A DNA stretch of 64,000 nucleotides from Laetmonice hystrix. Its lineage: Eukaryota. The notes beneath the pieces were generated by a model, which had not been told where the DNA came from, did not search any database, and was given only the letters and a program-made list of their open reading frames with translations. A program made the position numbers and the translations under genes. Location: contig OZ249440.1 in assembly GCA_965235115.1 (NCBI GenBank), positions 35,032,001 through 35,096,000 on the forward strand. Reading direction: 5' to 3'. Below, piece by piece: positions 1 to 11,182 of the stretch (positions are counted from its first letter, which is position 1; the number at the start of each line of letters is the position of its first letter).

Positions 1-1586
1 AGGCGATCATTAATCATTCTCTCCATGGTTTTACACAAGCAACTTGTTAGGGCTATTGGTCTGTAATTGTTAGCTTCACTATGGTCTTTTCCTGGTTTTG
101 GGATGGGAATGATTATTGCTTCTTGCCAGGAAGGTGGAATATTACCAGTTGTCCAAATATTGTTGAAAATGTGGAGAAGGATGAGAAGTGTGGTGTCAGG
201 CAAATGTTTTAGGAATTGGTAATGTATTTTATCAGGTCCAACTGCAGTGTCGTGTGATTTTTTAAGAGAGCATCTTAGTTCTTCAATGGAGAAGAGTTGG
301 TTATACTCTTCTCTGTTGTCAGAGTTAAAGTTTAGTTTCCTTTTCTCTTTATGAGCACGAATGGCTTGGAATTGAGGGAGGCAGTTCCTGGAGGAGGAGT
401 TTGTTTGAAAGGTATCAGCCAGTTTGTTTGCTATTGCATCTGTGGTGGTTAGTAAGGTGTCTTGATGTTTTAAGTGTTGGACTCCAGTACCACCTCCCTT
501 GCCTTTAAGTTTCCGTATCATGTTCCAGACTTTTTTGATGGGAGTACGAGAGGTCAGGCTGGAGACGTAGTCTCTCCAGCTCTGCCTCCGTCTCTCTTTA
601 CAGATACGGCGTGCCCTTGCTCTCATGATTTTATAATTAGTAAGGTTTACTGCAGTTGGATGCCTGTTGAAAAGGCGTTCTGCCTTTTTCCGGTCTTTAA
701 TTGCTTGCTTGCATTCATCATTAAACCATGGATTTGAGACATGTTTAGGAATTGTCGAGGTTTTAGGAATTGTCTTGTCTGCAATGGAGATCAAAAGTGA
801 GGTAAAATGCTCCATTGCATCAGGATCGTTAATGTTGTCTGCTGTGAATTCCTCCCGACAGAGGGTCTGGAAGGAGTGCCAGTCGGCTTTTTTAAGTTGC
901 CACCTTTGTTGTTTTTCCCCCATGTCAGGCCTTTCATATGCAAGTATGGTGGGAAAGTGGTCACTCCCGCAAAGGTCGTCCCAGACCCTCCAGGAGAAAT
1001 CCAGCAGCAGATCTGGTTCAGCTATTGCAAGGTCAATGGCTGTATAAGTGCCATGACCGGGATGTAAGTATGTGTTGGAACCGTCATTAAAAATGCACAG
1101 AGCATGATTGTCAATGAACTCTTCAATCCTCTTGCCCTTACCATCAGTTGTGGTGCCACCCCATAACGGATTGTGGCCGTTAAAGTCTCCCAAAAGGAGA
1201 TATGGGGATGGTAGTTGACCCACTAGATCATCAAGATCCTGGTGGGCCAAGTTACTGTTTGGAGGAATGTATATGGAGCAGATAGTGATGGCTTTATGCA
1301 GAGTTAGGCGTATGGCTATTGCTTGTAACGGTGTGTCTATTGTAACAGGGCTATGGATGAGGTCTTGTCGAACCAGAATGGCAGTGCCGCCAGCAGCACG
1401 GTCACCATCTGGTGCAAAACCAAAGAAAGTCTGATAGCCCTTAAATGAGACCTTGTCTCGGGCAGTAAGAAATGTTTCTTGTAGGTAAAGGGCAAGAGGG
1501 TTGAGGGTTTCTGCTAAAAGTCTGAGTTCATTAAAATTGGCTCTAAAACCTCGACAATTCCACTGGAGGAAGCACTTGCCTGCCAT
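1..1586 (-). CDS. LINE ORF2, partial (APE endonuclease and start of RT)
   Basis: ATG at 1586-1584 (MAGKCFLQWNCRG); APE motifs LQE, GDFNGH, GSDHFP; YRPIALTSCLCKTMERMINDR at the edge is in the same frame; the ORF track lists no terminated ORF in this frame. Confidence 0.9.
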   Translation of the reverse strand, partial: MAGKCFLQWNCRGFRANFNELRLLAETLNPLALYLQETFLTARDKVSFKGYQTFFGFAPDGDRAAGGTAILVRQDLIHSPVTIDTPLQAIAIRLTLHKAITICSIYIPPNSNLAHQDLDDLVGQLPSPYLLLGDFNGHNPLWGGTTTDGKGKRIEEFIDNHALCIFNDGSNTYLHPGHGTYTAIDLAIAEPDLLLDFSWRVWDDLCGSDHFPTILAYERPDMGEKQQRWQLKKADWHSFQTLCREEFTADNINDPDAMEHFTSLLISIADKTIPKTSTIPKHVSNPWFNDECKQAIKDRKKAERLFNRHPTAVNLTNYKIMRARARRICKERRRQSWRDYVSSLTSRTPIKKVWNMIRKLKGKGGGTGVQHLKHQDTLLTTTDAIANKLADTFQTNSSSRNCLPQFQAIRAHKEKRKLNFNSDNREEYNQLFSIEELRCSLKKSHDTAVGPDKIHYQFLKHLPDTTLLILLHIFNNIWTTGNIPPSWQEAIIIPIPKPGKDHSEANNYRPIALTSCLCKTMERMINDR

Positions 1587-2860
1587 CAAGGTGGTTTGAC
1601 AGGCAGACGCCCCCTAGTTTTAATTTTTGGGGAAAGGCTGCGACTACGGCAAGATGTAGTGTCAGCCATTTCAACATCTTGAAGATGTTGAAACTTGTTT
1701 GTGAGTGCTATTGCACTATTGTTGGAGGCTGCCTTGGGCAGCCGATCTGTGATAATTTTCTTTTTTGTCTTGTCTTTTGTTGAGGGATTAACTGAGTCTT
1801 TTTGGGGAGTAGTGGGGGGTTTGCTCGGTCCGGCCTGTGGAGGAGGATCCGAGGTTGTCTGGCTCTGTGTGTTGACAGCTTTTTTAGGTGGCTGACTCGT
1901 GCTGTCAGCGGGATCAGTGTAGGTCACGGGCACATCCCTCTTGACCCACACCATCTCAGTTTGACACGCGAACGTCCGTGTGGTAGGTTTTGTAGCGGCA
2001 GCATAGGTTTTTACGGTTGGTGGAAGCATATACTGCTCCACCAACTTGCGTGCCTCAGGGAAACTTATTCTTTGTTCGGTTTTTACCTTTAGGATTTCCT
2101 TCTCCTTTTTCCACACAGAACAATCGCGCGAAATGGCAGAATGGCCTTCCCCACAGTTAGCACATTTAGGGGAGTTCTTGCAGGTGGTATGATCGTGGCC
2201 TGTCTCGGCACATTGAGAACATTTCTGCACATTTCGACACGAGTCTGTCCCATGCCCAAACTTCTGGCATTTATAACAGCGAAGAGGATTTGGGACATAG
2301 GGATCCACTTTGACTTTTAAAAAGCCAACTTCAAGTTCCTCAGGCACAGTGGGCCTGTTGAAGGTAAGAAAGTAGGTATGAGTCTTAATGGTGTTACCAT
2401 CTCTCTTTACAATCAACCTTCTCACCTCCAACACACCTTGCCAACTCAACCCAGCAAGGATCTCTTCTTCGGGTGTGGTGTCTAGAGAATACGTTCGAAT
2501 AACGCCCTTGCTGGAGTTGAGTGTGCGGTGACGAGAGGCCTTAATGCCATAACCTGCAAGTGCTGTGGCACTTAACAAGTTCTCGGCTTGGACTCTCGTG
2601 GCACACTGTACCAAAAGCTGTCCTGATCGCAGTTTTTTACAGTCTTTGACCGTTCCAGCTATCCCCAATATGCCTTTGTGTATGGCAAAAGGGGATAGCT
2701 TGGAGATAGGCCGTTCAGGGTCTGATGATTCAACAATAATAAATCTTGGCCATTCAGGTTCTTTGTCCACAGGTCGGTCCGAGTCATAATCTGTTAGTTT
2801 AATCATTTTCCTTTTTGGGGGATTGTTTGATGCCATGGTTGTGTTAGAGTGTTTCACCAA
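1586..2860 (-). CDS. LINE ORF1 gag-like nucleic-acid-binding protein with three CCHC knuckles
   Basis: 424-aa ORF; CYKCQKFGHGTDSC, CSQCAETGHDHTTC, CANCGEGHSAISRDC; stop overlaps the ORF2 ATG (TGATG). Confidence 0.93.
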   Translation of the reverse strand: MVKHSNTTMASNNPPKRKMIKLTDYDSDRPVDKEPEWPRFIIVESSDPERPISKLSPFAIHKGILGIAGTVKDCKKLRSGQLLVQCATRVQAENLLSATALAGYGIKASRHRTLNSSKGVIRTYSLDTTPEEEILAGLSWQGVLEVRRLIVKRDGNTIKTHTYFLTFNRPTVPEELEVGFLKVKVDPYVPNPLRCYKCQKFGHGTDSCRNVQKCSQCAETGHDHTTCKNSPKCANCGEGHSAISRDCSVWKKEKEILKVKTEQRISFPEARKLVEQYMLPPTVKTYAAATKPTTRTFACQTEMVWVKRDVPVTYTDPADSTSQPPKKAVNTQSQTTSDPPPQAGPSKPPTTPQKDSVNPSTKDKTKKKIITDRLPKAASNNSAIALTNKFQHLQDVEMADTTSCRSRSLSPKIKTRGRLPVKPP

Positions 2861-3279
2861 CCCTATTCCTCACCCACCACGGAGCCCAACGAGGGGAAAT
2901 GCAGAGCTGCGGCAACCAGCAGTTGCAAAACAAGGATATAGGGTTGGTATACTCAAGCAATGGAACGAAAGAGGGTGTTACCATTACTCAATTGACCCTA
3001 AGCCACCGCCTTCTAGGAATAAAGAAGAAATAGTTACGATAGATGGTGCCTATTGTATAAGAGAATTAAATTCAGTGTAAAGCGTACTCAATACAAAAAA
3101 CCTAGGGCAAGGCGTGACCAGCCGATTGATTGGATCGGGCCTCTCCAACCTCCCGTCTAGGTGAAGTAGGAGCCAAAGGACCGTGTTGGACCTGTGAAAA
3201 GCCGCAGCAATTCACCGTCCTCAGGTACCAGGACCTCTTCCTCCACCGACACGGGTCGCGACTCACGGCAAACAAGTCG

Positions 3280-3351
3280 CCCCATTTATTCGCCTCTTAC
3301 GAACAGCCAGGGGGGGCTGGGGAACATTCTTACCCCGGTCCCCACGGGGGG
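3280..3351 (-). ncRNA. Candidate structured RNA (stem enclosing two pseudoknots) at the LINE 5' end
   Basis: Manual pairing: CCCCGU/AUGGGG, GGGGA/UCCCC, GGGGU/GCCCC, CCU/AGG, GUUCG/CGAAU; conserved at 35049-35118. Function not shown. Confidence 0.4.
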
Positions 3352-6300
3352 AACTCCTGAAGGCCCAACATGAGGTAGAAGAGAGTGATGCCAGGTATCA
3401 AGTGTTGAGTGCATCTGTCCATGATGAAAGCGACAATGACGACTACGAATCTCAACTTGCTGATGATCTCAATGTTAAGATTAATGATAATCCCGAGTTG
3501 CCAAGTTGTCTTGAATCTCAAAACGCTCATCAGGGTAAAACAGCAATCACGTATAATCCCGAGGCCCCAACGTTTATTCCACGTGCTTCAGAGACCTCTG
3601 CCAAATATTCTGTCAACCTAACCGTGCTCCACGAAGTCCACAGCAGTCATCCATGAGTGAAACGGCATTGGCCCAAGCTATGGCAAATGCCATGGACCGC
3701 AACCGCCTTCCAATCCCTACTCCAAGGATTTTCTCTGGTAACCCAATTGACTTTATCAGTTTCAAAAGGAGCTTCAAGACTCTGATTGAGAATAAGGGTA
3801 TACCGGCTGAAGAAAGGCTCTACTATATGCAGCAGTATATCATCGGAGAGGCTAAGGAAGCTATCGCTGGATGTTTTTATGGCACATCGGAAGGTGATTA
3901 TCAAAGAGCGTGGGAAACCTTAGAGAACCGCTACGGACACCCATTCAAGGTTCAGGAAGCTTTTCGTGAAAAACTCGACAGGTGGCCTAGAGTCAGTCAG
4001 CGAGATGGTAATGCTCTTCGGAAATATGCTGATTTCTTAAGGGAGTGCCTTGACGCCATGCCACATGTCAAGGGACTGACTGTCCTGAATGACTGCAAAG
4101 AGAACCAAAGGATGGCTACCAAGCTGCCGGATAGGGTCATAACCCGCTGGAGTAGGATCGTGACAGACTCACTGGAGGATGTTGCAGAATATCCCACATT
4201 CAGGAGATTCGTCACCTTCGTGGAAAAGGAAGCAACGGTCGCTTGCCATCCAGTGGTGTCTATTGCAGCTATCAAAGGTGCAGGGCCAACAGGGTCTCAT
4301 AGAGAAGATAGGGAGAAATCTGTCTGAGTTCTCACTACGGATCAAGTAAAGTTAGTAAACAAGCCTATCAGGTCGACTGAAAGCAACAAGTTATGTCCAT
4401 TTTGTAAGGCAGAACACTATCTCTCAGCTTGTACCAGGTTTGCTGAACAAAGCATAGAAAAAAGGAATGCTTTTATGCAGGAGGAAAAGAGGTGCTTTGG
4501 CTGCTTGCGTACCGGACATTTCAGACAGCAATGTAAGGTACGTCACACATGTCAAAAGTGTAAGGCACGGCACCCCACAGTTCTACATGACAACAAAGAG
4601 ATTAAAGTGCATCAGCGAGAGTCAACCCATGATAGCAAGGAAGAAAGGGCTGCGTCTTTAAGCTCCGATCGTGGACACTCAAGCACGACAAACGTTGTTC
4701 CTGTCTGGATCTCTGTAGCGAATACCCCTGGAACAGAACGGCTTGTGTATGCTATGCTGGACACGCAGAGTGATAGTACCTTTATAGAAGAAAAATTTGT
4801 GATGAACTATCCACACACACTGATCCCGTGAAACTGAGGTTGACTACGCTTCTAGGAAAGGATGTGTCGGTTGCCTGCGGGAGGGCTACAGGTCTCAGGA
4901 TTAGAGGTTACACATCACCACACTATATAGACCTCCCCCCTACTTACACCCGAGACTTCATTCCCCTGGACAGAGAACACATTCCCACTTGTGAAACGGC
5001 GAAGAGCTGGAGCCATTTAGCCACCCTTGCTTCCGAACTACCACCACTACTTGATTGCGATGTTGGGCTATTAATTGGCTACAACTGCTCTACTGCTCTA
5101 GCTCCGCGTCAGGTCATCACGGGTGAGAACGGCCAACCTTATGCTGTAAAGACAGATCTGGGTTGGAGCATCGTCGGAAGCATAACGTCAGATTCGGCTG
5201 ATGTCACAGGGTTTTGTCATCGTGTCAGTACGAAGGAGGCTCCTCCAGTAACCCCATGTGATGTGCTTAATGTTCTGGAAACCGATTTCAGAGATTCAAC
5301 CTGTAGTGATGTGACCATATCTCAAGATGATCTAAAGTTTATGCGCATCCTAGAGGGCAGTGTGTTCAAGAACGAAAAGGGTCACATGGAGATGCCTCTT
5401 CCATTCAGGGACCGACCTACCATACCAAATAACCTGCAACTGGCAGAAAAGAGGCTGCTCCATCTGAAAAAACGCCTAGACGGGAATGTGAAGTTCAAGG
5501 ACCACTACGTGCAATTCATGAACGGGATGCTAAAGGATGGTGATGCCGAACTAGTACAGAAGACTTCGAAGCCCGGGGAAGTGTATTATCTTCCACATCA
5601 TGGTGTCTACCACCCCAAAAAAAAACCAGAAAAGCTAAGAATTGTGTTTGACTGTTCAGCAAGATACAAAGGGAATTCACTAAATGACCATCTGCTAACT
5701 GGTCCGTTTCTTACCAATAACTTATTTGGAGTATTGTGTCGGTTCCGTAGACATCCAATTGCTGTAATTTGCAACATTGAGAAAATGTTTCATCGATTTC
5801 ACGTTTCTCCTGAAGATAGGGATTATTTACGATTTCTGTGGTGGGAAGGAGGTGACACAAGCAAGAAGCCACTTGAGTACAGAATGAAGGTTCATTTGTT
5901 TGGGGCTACATCATCTCCTGGATGTGCTAATTTCGGACTTAAACACCTTTCACAGATGTATGATGAAGCGTATCCCCTGGCTGCTCCGTTTCTACGGCAG
6001 AACTTCTACGTTGATGATGGGGTCACCAGTGTTGAGAGTGTTGAGGAAGCGACGAGACTAGCCGCCGAGGCCCGTGAATTGTGCTCCCAAGGTAATCTTC
6101 GTCTCCACAAGTTTGTGTCCAATAACCGCAGTGTTATCGAAAGCATTCCTCTCATTGATCGTGCCACAGGAGTTCAAAAGGTCGATTTAGGCAAGGAGGA
6201 ACTGCCAGTGGAAAGAACGCTAGGTGTACAGTGGATCATTGAATCTTACAAGTTTGGATTTCGTATACAGGAAAAGGACACCCGGAGAGGGATCCTGTCC

Positions 6301-8449
6301 ATGGTTGCCAGCGTGTATGACCCCCTTGGTTTTATATCTCCATTTGTGCTTGAAGGTAAATCTATTCTCCAGGAAATATGTAAGCGTGGTGTGTCTTGGC
6401 TAACCTAACCTTCAAATGATTCAGATCCCAAGGTGCTATAAACCTGCAGACTTTGGCCCAGTAACCAGGATTGAACTACACCACTTCTCGGACGCCAGTT
6501 CAAGTGGATACGGAATGTGTTCTTATCTGCGGTTCATACATGGAAATAAGGTGCATTGTTCTTTAGTCGTGAGTAAGGCACGTGTTTCTCCTGTCAGGAT
6601 TGTCACAATTCCACGCCTTGAGCTAAGTGCTGCCGTTATTGCAGTCAAGATGAGCATAAAGCTGAAACAAGAATTACAAATGCCGATTGACAGTGAATAT
6701 TTCTGGTGCGATTCTCAGGTGGCTTTGGCTTATGTCAGTAATGATGTCAGGAGATTCCATGTATTTGTGGCCAACCGAGTACAGTTTATTAAGGAACATA
6801 CAGATGTGAAGCAGTGGCAGTATATATCCACGAAAGACAATCCTGCAGACCATGCCCCACGTGGTCTCAGCTCCGTGCAGCTTCTAAACTCTAACTGGTT
6901 CACAGGACCTGAGATTCTATGGAAAACTGACTGGTCGCCAAGTCCTTTCACCGACCTAAAGCTAGATTGGGGAGACCCAGAGGTCAAAGGTCAAACCTTA
7001 AGTGCGCAAACAGTGGGCACCAACGATGTGTTAGAAAGGTTGTCAGCTCATTCCAGTTGGGATCTCGTGACTAGGATCGTGGCAAGAATCCGTTGCCTCA
7101 TACCTGGTAAGGTAAAGGAAAGGTTGTTATCTGTTGAGGAAATAAACCAAGCAGGTTTATGTATCATCAAGCTTGTTCAGGAAACTGAGCTCAAAGGTGA
7201 ACTACTATCCTTAAACAAAAACCAGGAAGTGTCATCTGCAAGTAAATTACACACTCTCAACCCTTACATTGTGGATGGGTTGATCAGAGTAGGAGGACGC
7301 CTGAGGAAGTCTTCAATGCCAGTGAGCCTGAAACATCCTATAGTGTTGCCTAGGGATGGACACGTGACTCAACTCATTATAGCCCACTGCCATCAGCAGA
7401 TCCAGCATCAAGGTAGGGGACAAACCCTCAATCAAATTAGAAGTCAGGGATACTGGATACTCAGTGGGAGCAAGATGGTTTCTAACTATATACGGAAGTG
7501 TGTGCAATGCCGAAGGTTGAGGCGCCCCGGAGAGGAGCAAAGGATGGCAGACTTGCCGAAAGACCGTGTGGAACATTCACCTCCGTTCAGCTTTTGTGGG
7601 ATGGATTGTTTTGGGCCATTTAAGGTCACACAAGGTCGCAAGGAGTACAAGCGCTATGGACTGTTATTCACATGCCTATGTTCAAGAGCTGTGCACATTG
7701 AAATGCTTCCTGACATGACTACAGATGCCCTAATCAGCGCATTACGATGCTTCATAGCTATCAGAGGCAGGGTAACTCAGATAAGGTGTGATCAAGGCAC
7801 CAACTTTGTTGGGGCCAACAATGAACTAACAAAGGCTCTGAAGGAATTGGATGTAGACCGGATAGCTACGTTCCTGACCAAGAAACAGTGCACCTTTGTC
7901 TTTAACGCTCCTCACTCCAGTCATGCAGGTGGTGTCTGGGAAAGACAAATAAGAACTGTCCGAAATGTTCTCAACGCTACAATCTCTCTGTGTCCTGGCC
8001 GCTTAAATGACTCATCCTTAAGATGTCTATTCTATGAAGCAATGCTGATTGTCAACAGTCGACCTTTGGTCACAGTGTCTGGTGATCCCAGTGAAGATCC
8101 AATCACACCTAATCACTTAATCACCATGAAGTCTAGTACTCCCCTACCTCCACCTGGGAAATTTGAAAGGAATGATATGTATGGACGGAAACGATGGCGC
8201 CGCGTCCAGTTCCTTCTGGAGCAGTTTTGGAGCCGCTGGAGAAGGGAATATTTGCTTAATCTCTCTAAGCGCCAAAGGTGGAACGTATCAAGGCGGAACG
8301 TTCAGGTCGGAGACATTGCGATTTTGGTGGACATGGATGTTCCGCGCATGGAATGGCCGTTAGCCAGAGTTGTTGAAACTCAAAGGGATGATGACGGTCT
8401 AGTCAGACGTGTTACGGTTCAGTTGGGTACATCAAACTTAGACAAGAAA

Positions 8450-10506
8450 CGGCTCAGTCACAATCAGGGTACCCAGTGGTTTGCAAATTGGTCCAAATAT
8501 TTTTTTCATCAAATAGGAGTAAGTCATACAATGATTTTTGCAGAAATGTGTCAGGATTCAAATATAACAAACCCTGTGAAGCATTCGCACTCTGTTTTCG
8601 AGATACCAGGTTTCGAATAACATGTGTCCATGGGGGTACGGACAGGACAGGGCTGCCGACAAACCAAATTCAGATCATCAAATGACCAAGAGGGCTCTTG
8701 AAACAGATGTCAAACCGTGTTCAATCTGATCTCAGACCTATACCAATACCATCTGGGCTTATGTTAAGAACAAATGGCAAGCCGAATTGGATGAACAACC
8801 AAACAATAAATTATATCAGATCAGTCCCGTCGTGAACCAAAGGTATCATCACGGCCTGACCCAACGTAGGCATGAAATTGTTTTTACTCGATGCAGGATT
8901 GGTCATTCTAGATTAATCCACGTGTTTTTATTGAAGGGGAGCCACCTCCCGAATGTTATGGCTGTCAATGTCCTTTGACACTGAAGCATCTTTTACTTGA
9001 GTGTGGTGATTTTACTCTGATCAGACAACGGTTTTATAATGAGACAAGTCTTAAGGACCTTTTTAGCAATGTCAGACCAGTATATGATTTTAGAGTTTTT
9101 GCCAGAGGCTGGACTTCTCACTCTTTTATAGTTCAGGCTCATCGATAGCCCTGTTGGGCTGACAGGATTGAGTTTGTTTCAATTCCCGTTGGGGCCCGGG
9201 ATAAAATGGGTTCCTTTCACTTTATGGTCTTTTAACCCTGTTTTCGCCATGAAGATGACCGCCGGGTGCCGACACGGCGGAAAACCACCACTACTCACTC
9301 ACTCACCCACTCACTGCAATATATATGCAAACAGAAACTGATTATGTTCACACATCCTTCACTTTATAATAATGTCCTGTCCGTACCCCCTTCATTATTT
9401 TCGGGTTACAGTGCTGCCTATTAAATTAAAGCAGAAATCAGATAGCTTTTAAATTTCTTATTGCTATACATATAATGTAGCAAGTATTGCAAATTAATGC
9501 AGTAATCACAATATTAGCACCAGATTTACTAACCTAAAATACATTTTTGAAGCATATAAGTTTAGGTGGTGCATAACCCGTCAGTAAATTTCCCTTGTAT
9601 TGAAACTTTAAGCGAAATATTGCATGAACTAAATGTATTATTGCCTTTACAGTTTATCCGGTAGTAAATATTGTCATATTCACTGGATAAAACTTCATCA
9701 AATTAAAGCCTATAGCAAGGGGGTACGGACAGGACGACGGGGACGGACAGGACAAAATGCGAGTTGTTTCTTGTTTTTCAGGACGCAACAGTGTGAAACC
9801 TCTTATAAATATTGTATTTAAGGACGTTCAAAGAAGGGCTACACATGCACAATATGGCACAAGTAGCTGCTTTTAGAGTAGCGAGATGCCCCATGGGGTA
9901 CGGACAGGACAAAAATTCCCGGAAATAACAGCATGCAAAAGGATTCATACCTATATTCATATATGATAACACCCAAACTTTTTTCTCCATCCCAGTTCCA
10001 AATAAACATTATTAAGTCTAAACCAGTGGCATTAGTATGCATTTATGTTGGAAATTATAGATATCAGGTAAGGTTTTGGTCATTGTAATAAAAATATCGC
10101 TATTTTGTAACGAACAACACATTATTGAAAACATTCTGGTACTTTCGTCACAGAGGTCAGATTTCAACCAGAATACCTGCATATAAAGAAAAAATGTTAA
10201 CAAATTTATTATGCATATCTACATTAGTGTAATTCTAACATTAAACTGACATTTACGTTATGCAAAACTACGTAATTTCATAAGTGCAAACCCGTAACAA
10301 CTAAAACCTGCCATTCTTCCACCATGTAAAACCACTTTTAGAAACATGAACTTCAACATCGACCAAAAGAAGGTGCATGGATGTATGTGTGTTAACAAGA
10401 CACTTCACATAATGAACATAAACTGTGACTATTTATTGGTATAGGTGTGCAAAGGTTGCTGTAACATTACATAGTCCTAAAATGACACCTGATTGTGACT
10501 GAGCCG
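8450..10506. mobile_element. Non-autonomous TIR DNA transposon, superfamily unassigned
   Basis: Perfect 19-bp TIR CGGCTCAGTCACAATCAGG (8450-8468 / 10488-10506); AAA duplication (8447-8449 / 10507-10509); excision restores the BEL integrase frame. Confidence 0.92.
8686..9315 (+). mobile_element. 5'-truncated LINE copy B (end of RNase H, C-terminal zinc knuckle, 3' UTR, ACTC tail)
   Basis: Matches about 40012-40637; ends CCACCACTACTCACTCACTCACCCACTCACT. Confidence 0.93.
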
Positions 10507-10689
10507 AAAGGGAAACGGAGGAAAAAGCCCTCAATAGTTGAGCGCCCTATTCAAAAGGTTGTTGTGCTCCTAGAAACTGATTAAAGGCTGGTGTAGGGGT
10601 AAATATTAAAAAGGGCGACCTATATGAAATTACTTAATAGTATTATGTGATTCGGACGACGTTATCATTATAGAGTAATTTGGTGGGAA

Positions 10690-11058
10690 TGTAACGGTCG
10701 CGTAATTTATTCAAGCATGATAGTGTGGGGTCGGATACGGCTGACTGGGTTTGGAGCTGTGGTCAGCTGACTGGGTTGGTAGGCCTAGCTGTGGCCAGTA
10801 GTGCAAGGCGGGGCAGACGACTTTGGTACTGAGAGGCACACACATGTTCAAGCACAGCGCACCCGGCAGGACCAGCACATACGAGCCTAACCAGTTTAAA
10901 GGAGCCACAAGGTAAAAATGTGTTAGCGTGAAATATGACTGTGAATTATGTGTATATTCTGTCGGCACACATATATATATTATATCTCATACCTCTCGTG
11001 TCTGTACATTCCAGTTTTCGACGGTTTCGACGTTATATGTTCAAAATAAAGAACTACA
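10690..11058 (+). repeat. Putative 3' LTR of BEL 1
   Basis: Follows purine tract TGGTGGGAA, starts TGTAAC, has AATAAA and ends near GAACTACA; right boundary uncertain because the 5' LTR is not in the window. Confidence 0.55.
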
Positions 11059-11125
11059 ACAAAAAGAAAGCTGTATGTAACGTTGGCTGAAACAAACACA
11101 CACTGGTGCGGCTAACAAAATACGA

Positions 11126-11182
11126 CGTTCCGTCTCCGGCTCCGAGATCGGCATAGCCGATCCCGGAGCCGGAGACGGAACG
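11126..11182. repeat. GC-rich palindrome, 27-bp arms, 3-nt loop
   Basis: CGTTCCGTCTCCGGCTCCGAGATCGGC-ATA-GCCGATCCCGGAGCCGGAGACGGAACG, one mismatch. Confidence 0.9.

Larger units (their letters stand above)
1..3351 (-). mobile_element. I-group (Nimb/I-like) LINE, copy A: 5' UTR + ORF1 + 5' part of ORF2, continuing off the left edge; inserted in the gag of BEL element 1
   Basis: Reverse complement is near-identical to 35049-38362; same 5' terminus (C)nGTGGGGACCGGGGTAAGAATG; ORF1 and ORF2 frames are open. Confidence 0.95.
3352..10584 (+). pseudogene. BEL 1 gag-pol, broken by frameshifts, a stop and insertion 8450-10506
   Basis: ORF pieces 3402-3656, 3653-4327, 4475-4831, 4828-6408, 6416-8449; removing the insertion restores DKK|GKRRKKPSIVERPIQKVVVLLETD* ending at 10584. 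Confidence 0.9.
3352..11058 (+). mobile_element. BEL/Pao LTR retrotransposon 1 (5' end outside window, interrupted by LINE copy A and a DNA transposon)
   Basis: gag (FSGNPIDF, knuckle CFGCLRTGHFRQQC), protease LDTQS, RT YLPHHGV/FYVDD, RNase H FSDAS, integrase GMDCFGP/DQGTNF/GVWER; PPT then TGT-starting LTR. Confidence 0.93.

Noticed and set aside
474..1067. Plus-strand ORFs conserved between LINE copies (and similar short antisense ORFs throughout)
   Set aside because: Antisense shadows of ORF1/ORF2; recurrence reflects copy identity, not independent coding.
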